64,000 nucleotides of DNA from Camelus ferus (taxonomy: Eukaryota), in the NCBI RefSeq assembly GCF_009834535.1, contig NC_045697.1, positions 9,240,001-9,304,000 of the forward strand. The letters run 5' to 3'. The translations under genes and the position numbers were made by a program. How positions within the stretch are numbered: position 1 is the first letter of the stretch; every line of letters starts with the position of its first letter. Positions 12,235-24,250 of the stretch are shown here, piece after piece. The notes beneath the pieces are model-generated. The model did not search any database, was not told the origin of the DNA, and worked only from the letters and a program-made list of their open reading frames with translations.

Positions 12235-13101
12235 TCTCAGAGGAAATTTTATAGCATTGGCAGAACAGAAAGCTGCTCACTCAAAATGGCACCTCACCAC
12301 TTACTCACTGGACAAACTGAACATGGAAACTCCAAATGCTAGGCAGGAAAGAGAAAGTGATGGTGCTAGCCACTGGCTGGGTTCCAGGCAGGGGATTAAA
12401 AATCTGACTTTGGCTATTGATGTTACCATTGCTAATATCAGTTGCCATAGAGAAGAGGAAGTTCAGATGACCAAAGAAGAGAAGAGACCAGGAGACCAGT
12501 ACACCCTTGGCTGTTATCGCTTGCCGACCTATTTGCTAATCTCTTGCATCATTTCCTTGACAATCAAGGCCACACAAATGTGAAACAGAGTTGAGGTTTT
12601 TTACCGCATCATACTGTTCCCCATCAGATAAGGGTTTTAATGAGTTGTTTCTTCCCTTTGTGAGTATATCCTATAATTGATATTGGCAGGGAATTTGCAA
12701 GGAAGAGCTCAAAACAAACAAACAAATAAACAACAACAAGAAAAAAACAGACTAGGTACAATAAATTTAAAGACAGTTTAGGTGAACTAGTGTTATAAAG
12801 AAGAAATTCCTTTTATTTTGTAATCTGTGCATTCTGAAAGTCTGCAACCACTTGAAACAGACATAAATAGCAAGCATAGTGCAGCTGAAGAACAGTACCT
12901 AAGAAATTCCTCTGAACCTAGATATTGCTGATTTAAGAATGTTTGGATATGTCATTGTAACTAAGGGATGGACTCTCAGGAGGAATCTGTATTTCAAGGA
13001 AGAGACTTTAGTAAGTACCTGAAGGAAAAGAGAACAACAGGCATGGTAGGTGAATTCACCTTACCCCAACCCCATGAACTCACCCCAGATGTCTTTGGAA
13101 A

Positions 13102-13345
13102 GGCAGTACAGTACAGTGGTTATAAATGGGGGCCCTGCAGTCAACGTGCCTGGGTACCAAACTGAGTTCAGTCACTTGCAGTTGTAAGACCCTGGGCAAG
13201 TAGCTTCCTCTCTCTGAATTTTGTTCCTTATCCATTAAATACAGAAAATGTATCATAGGGGCAATGCAGGGCTGAAACGAAATCTTCCATGTTTTGAGTG
13301 TAGCACAGAGCTTGCAACAGAATATGCGCATAATGCAAATTAGCA
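13102..13345 (+). mobile_element. Near full-length MIR
   Basis: GGCAGTACAGTACAGTGGTTA 5' end, GACCCTGGGCAAGTAGCTT core and MIR tail. Confidence 0.75.
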
Positions 13346-14329
13346 ATTAGTATTAGGGATTATGGAGAGAGATACTTCAAGCACAGACCAAAGAAGTGGT
13401 TCCTGAGAAAGTCCCTATGAGGTTGAGGCATGGGTAGCTCTGGCTTTGGTACTAGGGTATCATGTTTGTGCAATGAGGATCTTCAAACTCTGCTCCAGGA
13501 AATGTAGCTTGAGTCTAGTAACACAGAGGGAGGCATTGCTAGAAATTCCAAGAGAAGCCCCTGTCCTAAGGTAGACTATGGTGTTCTCTCAGAGACCCCT
13601 GTGCACACTGGCAGGGATGAGCACTCTGAACACTGACAAGCGGGAAAGAGAGAAGGAAGCAGATTAGTGGGCACCTCTCTTGACTCCCTGGGGGGTTTGG
13701 GGGCCATTAAAGATCCTGCATAAGCCACTGTGGTGAGAATCAAAGGATCTCAGTTATTAGTAAAGTGACGCCACTTATCCCCCCAAGGTGACAAGTTTCC
13801 CAGAAAACCGGGGGTAGACGTCTTAGCATGTTGTGTTGTCCTCTCTACCAGATGATTCCGTGTTTTCAGATGAGATTTCTGAATCAGAAGTCTGTTTATT
13901 CCCTTATATCAAAACCTCGTTAATGTAGCAGACACATTCTTCTCAATCTAACCCCAAGTCTGCCTTTATAGCTTTATATTCTGACACTTCATCCACACAA
14001 TCTATGTTCCAGCCGCATATACACAAAGTGCAATTCTCAGGAGCTGTTTTGCTTTCCTGCATCCCTCTCTAAGGTCTCTGCAGATGGTATGTTTCTTTTT
14101 GGAATGCTTAATCTCTCCCCATGCTTTGGACTTCAATTCAGGAAGGACTCAGCACAGAAAAGAATTCTTTCTACCAACTACTTTGACCTTTACATCAAAG
14201 CAGCTGGATCAAGAGCTTTCTCCTCTGTTGCCATCTATTACATGTACAAACTATGTTGTACTTAGAACTTACTTCCTCGCGAACAAGTTTTTTTCATGCT
14301 CATGCACTCTGTCTCAGAAATTTTGTACT

Positions 14330-14800
14330 TGCAATTTCTTCTGGTTGAATGGCATTACTCCAGATGCTCCATATGGCTGCCTCCTTTTCACCACTCAGGT
14401 TTCAGGTGAATTGTTACTTTTGTAGAAAGGTCTTTCATCATTTAAAATAAAGCAGACCTGACTCACACTCAGTTACTCTTAACTACTGTCTCTCCCCTTA
14501 CCTTATTGTACCTGTACCTGGTATCATCTTATTTATTTGGTGACCAATTTATTGTCTCCCCCTCACCAAAAGTAAGGTGCTTTAAGGGCAATGACGGTCA
14601 CTTCTATTTGTTGCTGTACCTCTGGCACCTTGATAGGGCCTAATGCATAGTAACTGCTCAATAAACATTTGTTGACTAACTGACTGTTCTCTCCAATAGA
14701 CAGTGAACCTTTAGGAGGGAAGCTGTGCATTTCCACACTCAGAACCTAGTACAAGGCCTGGCAATGTTATGAGCTACACTATATATTGATCAAATGCATG
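14330..14800 (+). mobile_element. L2 3' ends (two tails)
   Basis: GCTCAATAAACATTTGTTGACTAACTGACT tail followed by a second tail with ACCTAGTACAAGGCCTGGCA. Confidence 0.7.
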
Positions 14801-15059
14801 ACACTTTTAATTAGCCAATCAAGAACTGATTATACATTGAGAGGTCAAGAAGCCAAGTAATTCTAGGGAGTTTAATTACTGGGGAGGGTATTCAGTAGAG
14901 ACAGGCTAGAAGACAGCAAAGAATTGATTAAGATACAAAGAAAGGAAACCCACTGCTTTGTGCAAATAGTGCAGGCTCAACATATGTTCATAACACTGAC
15001 TTACCAAAATGGGTTTTATACTTCAACACTAATTCTCTTTTCAAAAAATATCACTTGAA

Positions 15060-15620
15060 ACCTGCCATAGAATCACCTGCTGCTTCATTCAAGTGGGGGG
15101 GTGAGTTGCTCTGTGACAGGTGTCAGACAACATGCTAATAGCCAAGTCTATTCAAGGCACAATGTCGACTTCCGGGATCGCTTTCTTTTTCTCCCCTGCC
15201 CCACCCCCCACTTCAGGAAAAGCATGCTACTCTCCTGAGAGCATCACAATGGCAGTCCACAAATGTACCCTCTTCCTCTGAGAGAGACTAACTGTAGGGG
15301 AAAAGATAATTACGTAGTTCCTTTATCTCCAAATTATTTGTAATAAAATCTGAAATCACACCACAAGGTCTTTCATGAGGATGTCATAAATTAAGATGCA
15401 TCGGTGTATCTAGTGCATCTGTTCCGTTCTCTGGTCCTTTGTCTTCTGCAAAGAGCACACCAACCTCAATACCCAGCAGACAGCATTTACGCAAATGATG
15501 TCGTGGTCTATAGCATTAATATTCAGTGATTGTCTGTCATAGACACCTTACTGTACATCTGTTATGCAAATGTATGTTAATTCCGACTCACTGACAGCTG
15601 CCTAGCTTCCCTCCCTAAAA
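15060..15620. promoter_or_regulatory. Candidate enhancer (repeat-free, motif-dense)
   Basis: TGACAGGTGTCA (15114-15125), ACTTCCGG (15168-15175), two ACAATG sites, TTACGCAA (15487-15494), ATGCAAAT (15564-15571), TGACAGCTG (15592-15600). Motif matches only. Confidence 0.35.
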
Positions 15621-17104
15621 TGATCTTTTCCATTTTGAAGTTTGCAATCTGTTCCCCAAAATGTTAATCCAACAATTAGCTGAAATTGCTAAACAGAAAT
15701 TGTACATGTTCAGTCTAAAATAGAAGGTGGCATTTTAAAATAGATGGTGAACCTTCTTCCCACGTCGTGTAGTTTAGATGTGCTTCCACACAGTGTAAAC
15801 ACTGATCTCTGCACAGCTTGGCTTGGGGCAAGTGGTGGGTTTGCCTACCCTAGTCCCAGGAGTTTGACAAGAAGGAATGGGATCACCATCCTTGTCATTC
15901 AAGGGACTTTGTCTTCAAAGATGCTTTTAGTGATGCACAGAGTTTCTTTCCATGTCTGAAATGTCTCTGTTTTCTCCACCAAAATGATTATTATCAAGCA
16001 CTTGGATATTAATAAATGAATAAAGTGATGAATGATTGAGGAAAGAGATCTAAGAGCACATCCCATGTGACACAGAACCCAGTAGACACTCTCTCTGCAC
16101 ATGTTTGATGGATGTTAAATAGAGGATGCTTCCATATTTACTACCTCTATGCATTTTGAGGGATAGCTGAAGGGTTTTGGAGCAATAACAGAATAATCTG
16201 CTAATACTTTGAAAGGGATTATGGTGCTTAAGAGTATAAAAAAGACAAATTACATGAACATTTATTGAAAACCTACCAAGGCTAAGTAAGTACTTATATT
16301 GTACCACTATTGCTAGTCAACATGTTGGCCACATGAGTTAACTTTTAACAACATTCTTGGGAGGTAGATATCATTATACAGCTCATTTTAATAGTGATCA
16401 AAGTGAGGAATGATGTCTACAAATCCATATCACTACCATGACCTTCACCCAGTTTTTTTTTTTTTTCTGATTTTCTGTATGAGGAAGAACACAGACTAAT
16501 GGAGAACTACAGAATGTGTGCAGTGAAGCAGAAGTCACAAGCGTCTTCTTTAATGAAGAGGCTATTTCTGACTCTCCTCAATGGATATCTGATGGTTAGC
16601 CTTCTGGAACACCGACAGCCCAACTAAGGGAAATGGACTTGAATCCACTCTGCTCCAGTAATCCTGAGAACTCAGTTTCTTCAAGGATATTTGCAGATGG
16701 GATTCCTCTCTCACCATTGAGAGTCAATTTCTAAATTGATGGTGCTAAACCAGATGATTCCAATGTTCAACCCTAGTCTAACATTTTTTCTTTGTAATTT
16801 ATTTCTACGTTAGTAATGAGACAATGGTTGGATAAAATATATTAAAGATATCTAGGATATATGATATCTAGGATATAGGATATATGATAACTATGAGGCA
16901 CTATCTAATCAATTTCTAGTATCATATATATGAAAACAGACATAAAGAGGTTAACTATTCTGTCCAAATTTATATAGGTAGGAAGTGGAATAACTGAGAT
17001 TTGATCCTAGACTGAATCTCTTACTTCCTTTTCATAGTGCCACCCTATATACTATCTTCACCAACTACACTTCAATTAAGAAAAAGAAGAGGAGAAGATT
17101 ATAA

Positions 17105-17618
17105 TAAATTGTTAATGTATCTGCTTAATGTTAGGTGGCGTGATACATTTTTGCACGTGTGCTGTCTTGACCCAATTTGGAGGTCCAGACTAGGGGCTGG
17201 ACAGTTCTTCTTATTGAGCATCCAATTAAGCACCATATCCTCTTTCTTTATCAGGATCTCATACTTCAGACCATGATACACCTTCCTTAATTGTCTTGGT
17301 CCAAGTACAGGGTAACAGAGGACCTGCTGAACCCCCCCAGGGCCTTCTGAAATGACTCACATTAGCTAACCCTAAGCCTACTTGCCCTGCCTTGCTCTTT
17401 GCTTCCTGAAGGAACCACAGTAAAGATGCTTGCTCCCGGTTTATCTCTCTGCCTGCCTTGTGAATGACCCTGGTGATCCCCCATGTGGTCCTACATACTG
17501 TGTCCTGTTTTCTCCAGGGAAGGGTAAATAAATAAAACTGTAAACTACTTTTTAATTTCTCTCTTTCGATCTACATCTATCCTCACCAAACCTCACTCAA
17601 GGTAACGTGGTTAAAATA
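17105..17618 (+). mobile_element. ERVL solo LTR (MER54/MER73/MER74 group)
   Basis: CCTAAGCCTACTTGCCCTGCCTTG...AACCACAGTAAAG...GACCCTGGTG...CCCCATGTGG...GGTTAAAATA matches this LTR group. Confidence 0.75.
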
Positions 17619-17699
17619 GGTAGTAGGAGATTTAGGGATTAACAATTCACCCAACATGATTCACTGCAACTCAGTCAGGAGCTCTGAAAGACTGCCACA

Positions 17700-18110
17700 T
17701 CTGACCTCATGGTCAGTGAGGAGAATCTCTCCTAGCCTTATTTTGCTGACCTGTGAAGAGATGGGAATAATTTCCATCTCAAAAGAGTTGATGTGCATTT
17801 CCAATGAAAGAACACATGATACAAAAGCTTAGCACTATGCTTGCCTCATATTAGGTGCTCAAAAAGTATGCTAAAGGAAGAAAAAGGGGCACATATCCTG
17901 TCTCAAAAATTATAATTAAATATATATATATATTTGCATGTATGTATATATCTCTTTTTTGCATTTTACAAAGAACTTTCCTAGACATTATCTCATTTGA
18001 TCCCCTAAACTCCCTGCTGAAACAAAAGAGCAGTTTCAATGAAGTCCATTTTACAGATAGAGAAACGGAGGCATGAGATAATTTATTGTGTTGTCTGAGA
18101 TTTCTTGCTT
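17700..18110. mobile_element. Two MIR fragments (+ then -)
   Basis: GCTTAGCACTATGCTTG...TAGGTGCTCAAAAA tail, then CCATTTTACAGATAGAGAAACGGAGGCA antisense core. Confidence 0.7.
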
Positions 18111-19004
18111 GAACCAAAAATCCAAACCAAACCAAAATTAAAACCAAAATAAAGCAAGAAACACCTCATATTACTCAAAAGAAATTTTAGTGGTCATTCA
18201 TCTAAGCCATGTTGCATTTTTGGTGGAAGTGAGCAGTACTGGTTACTAGACACAACTCTGCAGAGGTCCAGAAAACAAGGTTAAGGTCACAGTTCTGCAT
18301 TTCTATGGGAAACTGTTGTCTCCTTCTTTACACTTTGCAACAATTTATGACAATGAAGTGATTGTATTCATCACTTGTATCTTTTTATTTTGTTTTGTAA
18401 CGAATACATTATTTTATAAAACATATTCTGTGACCTTCACAGTTAAGGATTTGGAGGTGTTTTTGTTTGTTTGTTTGTTTGTTTTGGTCTTACTATTTAT
18501 TTTGCTCCTCTCCTCCTCTGAGTTTCTGACCAAAGCTTTTATACAAACCATTAATAAGCTAGATGATAAAGTGCATAGAACTGATAGCTGGGATTCGATT
18601 TCATGATTCAAGGCTCCATACGTAATGAAATGCAAGAATAGTATCTGGAAGTAGAATCTATTCCTTTATACCTACTCCTCAGTAGATAGAAATGTCTGGG
18701 CCCTGAATTAGGCTGTAGAGAAAATTTACCTTCACTAGGAGCAAAATCCTACCCAGTTCAGTTTACCACAGGTAAGAATGAAGACCACATGTAGGTATTG
18801 ATGGTTAAGGCTCATGAATAAAACACGCTTCAGTAAATGTCCCACATTTATAAATTAGCACCTTTACCTCACTTAGAAGAATCTGCTAAAGGGAAGAGTG
18901 CAGAGAGGCAAAAACATGGGGAGAAGGGCAGAAGTTTCCCTCCAGAAGAGACGTGGGAAAGGTCTCTATTCCATGCATTCATGAGAATCTGCTGAGGCAG
19001 GCTA

Positions 19005-19150
19005 AGTAGAAATTATTATCCCCACTTTATAGTTGAACGAAATTTAGACCCAGGGAAATTTTACTACTTGCCTAGAATATTCTTATTGGAAAGAGTCACA
19101 GCCAAGCCTCAAAGCCGCTTTTCCTGACTCCTGCTTCACAGGTTTTTCCA
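19005..19150 (-). mobile_element. MIR fragment
   Basis: ATTATTATCCCCACTTTATAG...TACTTGCCTAG. Confidence 0.65.
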
Positions 19151-21989
19151 CCGGCCCAGATGGTGTCTACAGATTTGGCTCTCACTTTCAAGCTTCACTG
19201 ACCCTGGATGATAAATGAAGATTTGCTCTGGGTAGCTGAGCCCAGGCTGAGGTGCAGGTGCCAGACTCACTGTGGGCATTCCACTCACTCTTGCTGCTGT
19301 TCAGTGGACCTTCCCAATACACTGCCTACACTGGAATTGTGATTTATCCCAGAGACAAAGGACAAGCAGTATCCGTTCTCTGAAGAAGCTCTCAGAAGGT
19401 AAGATCCCGCTGCACCCAACTGATGTGATTGCTCGACTGACTTGGGTAGCACGCTGGAGTCCTTGGGATGAGGGAGTTGCTAGGAGGAGAATACCAGATG
19501 GAAGGACCCAGCAAAAGCATCCACGACACAGACTTAACAGTGTAATATCTGTCCCCGTTGTGGAATTGACCTCCCCTTCCTTTTCTTTGGCATCAATTTG
19601 GGAAATTAATTTTTTTTTATAATTTTACATTTCACTACTAATCTTTTTATTTGATGCCTTTGAGGATAATCGTTAGTTGGCTAATCAGAAAGGTCAGTTA
19701 AATTGAAGAATTGATGAAGACATTACACATACCTACCTTAAATACTTTATTTTAGCTTAGCATGCACTCATTCAGCAAAGTTTCGATGTAAAGGCAAGGT
19801 CTTTGACTTAAATACAGCTCTTCTGATTGGATTTCTACATTGTATTTCCTACATAAACCTTATTCTTGAAGCATGCTTTAAGAATTCTGGTTTCATTTTC
19901 CTTAAAATGGGATAAGATTTAAACACATTTGTGAGATAATATGAATTCAGATTCTTACTATATTAATACTATTTCTTTTCCATTTTTAATGTAGTATTGC
20001 CACAAATTAATCTGGTAACTTTTTAGTGACTTTCCATTATCCATTCTATGCAAAACATTAAATTAACTTGATTTTAATAGAATTAGGCAGAACAAACTTG
20101 TTGTAGGTAAAATAATGTCGGGTGGAATTTATAAGTCTTTGAAAGAATTAGCTTCACCACTTTATAGCAGAGCATGCTTCAGCAAGGTGTTTTATCTCAC
20201 TAAACCTAAGTTTTTAGTGACAATGACAATGATGAGTAACTACCTTGCCAAGCTATTATGCAGCTTCAATGAGTTGATGCTTGTGAAAGAATCTGGATGG
20301 TTGAAAGGCAAAAATTATAAGAAAATGTGGGAGAAAAAGGGGACAATACAGGAAGCTGCAAATGGGGCATGAGGATGACTGTCCCTCTCTGCAGATTTCA
20401 TTCTTGCCACCAGTTAGGAAGCCAGAGCTATAGACATGGATATCACTAAATAGCCATATAATTAATGCATGCTGAATATCAATGAGTGCTGCAGATGGTC
20501 CACGTCTAAAACTTCAATAACATGAAGTCTTGGGCCACAGGGCAGAGTGAAGTCAGTGTGTCCTATCAGGAACCAATTTCTTCATGTAAGTTTACCAGAA
20601 AGAGTAATCAGTATTATAGATCGAAAACAAATCAGTGGAGGCTTCCTAAAAGAGAGAATCCCTAACTCTGGCCATGAAGCTTAGGTAAATATGGCTGAGT
20701 TTGGAGGATTGACTGATGATACTTCAGGCAATAATAAGAAAGCCAAACAAGGAAACTGCACCATGTGTCTCGTGGAAAATCACTAAACACAATCATGGTA
20801 GTGCTCCTGTGAAGCTTTTCCTTTCCCTCATCCTTTCTGTGCAAAGTCAGACCTTGATTTAATCTATTTATCCCCCAGCTCTCCATGGGGTGTAAACAAA
20901 CACAAGTCTGATTCACAGAGCTGTTTGTTTTTCCGGCATAAGAGACTGCTGTGGAGAATAAAATGAATTCAGAAACATTTATAGAACTGTTTAGAGGTGT
21001 CATTGGCATTTCCGAGTTTTCATGCAAATTACCAAGGGCCTAATTCATCCCATGTTCCTTTGCTCAAAAGCACAGCTTGGTATCAAAGATGCAAAATAAA
21101 TGAGCCTGAAAAAAGCCAGCATCTTCTCTTGCTGTCTAGTTGGAGGGATCTAGAAACAAGAAAAGGAATATTCCCAGATCCTCCTGCTAATCTTGTGTTT
21201 CAGCCTTTTGACCCAGGGAAGGCAGGTATTTGATAAATAAGATTCTACTATTCAAAGAAGCAGAAAATTTTCTTCAGTGATTGTTCCCACAGGTCCCAGG
21301 TCTGAGAAACTCTAATTTTTCCTGTCCCCAAATCTTTGATAGTTTTAAGTAAGTCACAGGAGAAACCCATGAGCCCACAGAAAATTGTGAAATTCATAGA
21401 ACTCATCTTTGGAGACTTCATCCTCCACATTTCACGCTTTCTACCATCATGCCACCTAGAAGCCGTTTTTAACTGATTTCTTTCTACAAAATCAGGCTGT
21501 TATGAAAAGATGTATATCAGTGAGCTTGCTGTTTTTTTTTGTTTTTTGTTTTTTTTCCTTTCTTAAAGATATTTTCATTTGACTTTGGCACCAAAGGTAT
21601 TTTGGGAAAGGTATTTTGTCAGGGAAGTCAGAAGGTCATCCCAGATCTTCTGATGTCATAGTGTTTACCACACTAGCTCTTCCTGGAAAGATGTTGAGTT
21701 TTGTTTTTGCCCAAAGCATATATTTTGAATTATACAGTTAGGGGACAATGGATACAACTAGGTGTGTGCTCAAAGGTTATTAACCAAGGAATTGAAAAAA
21801 AGAGAGATCATGCCAATAATCACAAGAGTAGCTACCAGGACTTGAGGAATTTCTCTGTGCCAGATGAATTACATACATCATTTCCACCAAGTCCTTCCTG
21901 AAATATGCTCTGAGGACTATTGCTAATAATTACTAAATATTACTATGGTCTTGACCTTGGAGAGTAGGTCATTGTTATGGAGAACACTC

Positions 21990-24250
21990 TACACATATTT
22001 CCCAATGATGACTCTCTCTCCTCTTGCCAGAGCCACATGGCAGGCTGCAGTTTTCACTGTTAGGACCTGTTGGGATTCCTAGAGGTAAAACCCTCAATGG
22101 AAATTGTGGCTTTCCTCCTAAATCTGTGGTACCCCAAGAGTTTCTCTTTCATGTTAATCCATAATCAGACCCCAGCAATTAGACAAAATCACTACTGAAG
22201 TTTCCTCACCAGCTTATAGCTCCAGTGGCTTTTGCTCCAGGTAAGCAGATCTCACCTGTGAATCTCTGCATTAGTATGTCTCTCCAGATTTTAAGGTGGT
22301 AGCATGCTCTGTGACTTCAATTCAATGATGGGTTCAAGAAACTTCATTGATATTCACTCTTTAGCTTTTCCTTGTTTTAAGAATGGAAGTGAGAATTTCC
22401 AAAGCTCTTTACTTGTTGGAGCTGAAACCACATGTTCTTCCCTGAATTTTTCAAGGATATTTTCACTGAATATAGAATTCAGTTTTTTTTTCTTTGTCTT
22501 TCAAATACATCACTCCATTACCTTCCTGCTTACATGATTTCTAATGAGAAGTCTGCCGTAATTCTAAATGTTTCTCTTTCCGTAATTTGTCTTATTTATT
22601 TTTTTCTGGCTGCCTTCAAGATTTTCTTTTTGTCTTTGGATGTAAACAAAATGATTAATGTAGAACTATGTGTAGTTTTATTGCTGTTTATTCCACTTCA
22701 TGTTGTCTGATACTGAATTTATGGTTTGGTATGTTTTTGCTCCTTTTGGAAAATTCTCAGTCATTATTTCTTCAAGTACCTCTTCTCTTTCTTCTCCATA
22801 TTTTATTCTAGTTCCATATATGTTAGATCATTTAATTTTGCCTCTCATATCTCTGATGCTCTGTTCTATTTTTTTCTCAATTTTTTTTCCTCTTTGCATT
22901 TAAGTTTGGATAATTTCTATTAATCTATTTTAAGATGACTGATTCTTTCCTTGATTGTGTTAATCTACTGGTAAGCCCATTGCAGGTATTCTCCATATTT
23001 GACACAGAGTTTTTGCTTATATTTTTAGATCACAATTTTATTGTTTTGTCTTATGGCTTCTGTCTCTAATGACATTACTTATCTCATCTTGTGTTTTGTC
23101 ATTTATTTTTTTTTCCAATAGAAGATTTCACATGTTAATCATAATTATTTTAAATTGTTTTATTTGCTAATCCTAATATCTATGAATATGTCAGTCTGGT
23201 TTTTGCTTGTGGACTATGTGCATTCAACTTCTGTGTAATTCTTTCTTTTTAAAGTCTGGCGTATTGTGTAGGGTAATAGGTACTGACATCAATAATATTT
23301 ATGCTTGTAGATAATCATGCCTTTCCCCACCCCAGCTCTTTAATACAATGATTTGGTCTAATCTACTCAGAAATTGGACTGGATTTGAAGTTTTCTAACC
23401 ATTCGGTTTTGGATCTCCCCACATGCCCCCAGGTCTTTCATTGACTCTGCTCCCCTGAGAAAATCTGTCTCTTGTAGCAATCCTTGTAGCAATATTCCAA
23501 TGTTATTTTTATTCAGTGCTAGTTAGTATGTAGGAGGGGCTCCTGGGGGCATTATTTGATGTTTTAATTAAGCTTTAGTCTTGGGCACTGTGAACTTGGG
23601 CCTTGGAGTATGGAATTTACAATTATCCCTTTCTTCCTCTAGAAGTAAAGTGGATCTTCCATTTGTTCTTCCTTATTTCCCTCCTCCAGCTGCACTGGGT
23701 TTCAACCAATGCCCTCGGGCTTAAGTTTGGTTGCTTTTCCTTATGCAGGTCAAGTGTTTTGTTTCAAGGGGAGATAGTGGATTTGGGACTGGGCGGAGTA
23801 TCAGCAGTAACTCCTGTTTCTCTCCTTTAGCCAGTACTATGGAGATGGTTTTCTTGAGATTCTCTCATATATTCCCTGTGAGCACCTGATGGGAAAGCCT
23901 GGGAGAGTGTACAAACATCGCTGTCTGTGTCCCATAGTAGCTTCATACTGTCACTAATCTATACTTAGCCTGTAGCTATTAATTAAAATTTACTAGTTGA
24001 CTCTTCTTGCCAACTTAAATGGCAATCAGTGGCTATGTAAATGGTAAGTAAATGCTTAAATCTTGCTTTTAATTATTGATGTATCCTCTATACATATTTT
24101 AGGTTAATTATTTGCCCTTGTGACCTCAGTTCTCAGATAAATGTAAAACAGACAAACAAACAAACAAAAAAAGTTTTGCCCAGCTGGTTTTCTTGTAAGG
24201 GTAGGAAAGACACTCATTCTAACTGTATCTCTTAAGAGCTGAAACTGCTG
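21990..24250 (-). mobile_element. Ancient L1M fragments (5' UTR and ORF1 region)
   Basis: T-rich antisense ORF1 motifs (TTTTGGAAAATTCTCAGTCATTATTTCTTCAA, GAGAAGTCTGCCGTAATTCT) and 5' UTR-like CTCTGTGACTTCAATTC / TGTGACCTCAGTTCTC blocks. Confidence 0.7.

Noticed and set aside
11770..12583. 140-aa and 145-aa ORFs
   Set aside because: They read the antisense strand of an L1 3' end and its flank, including a poly(T) run translated as poly-Phe.
13760..13810. Isolated GAS (TTCCCAGAA) and half-CRE motifs
   Set aside because: Single short motifs are expected by chance in 64 kb and there is no supporting context.
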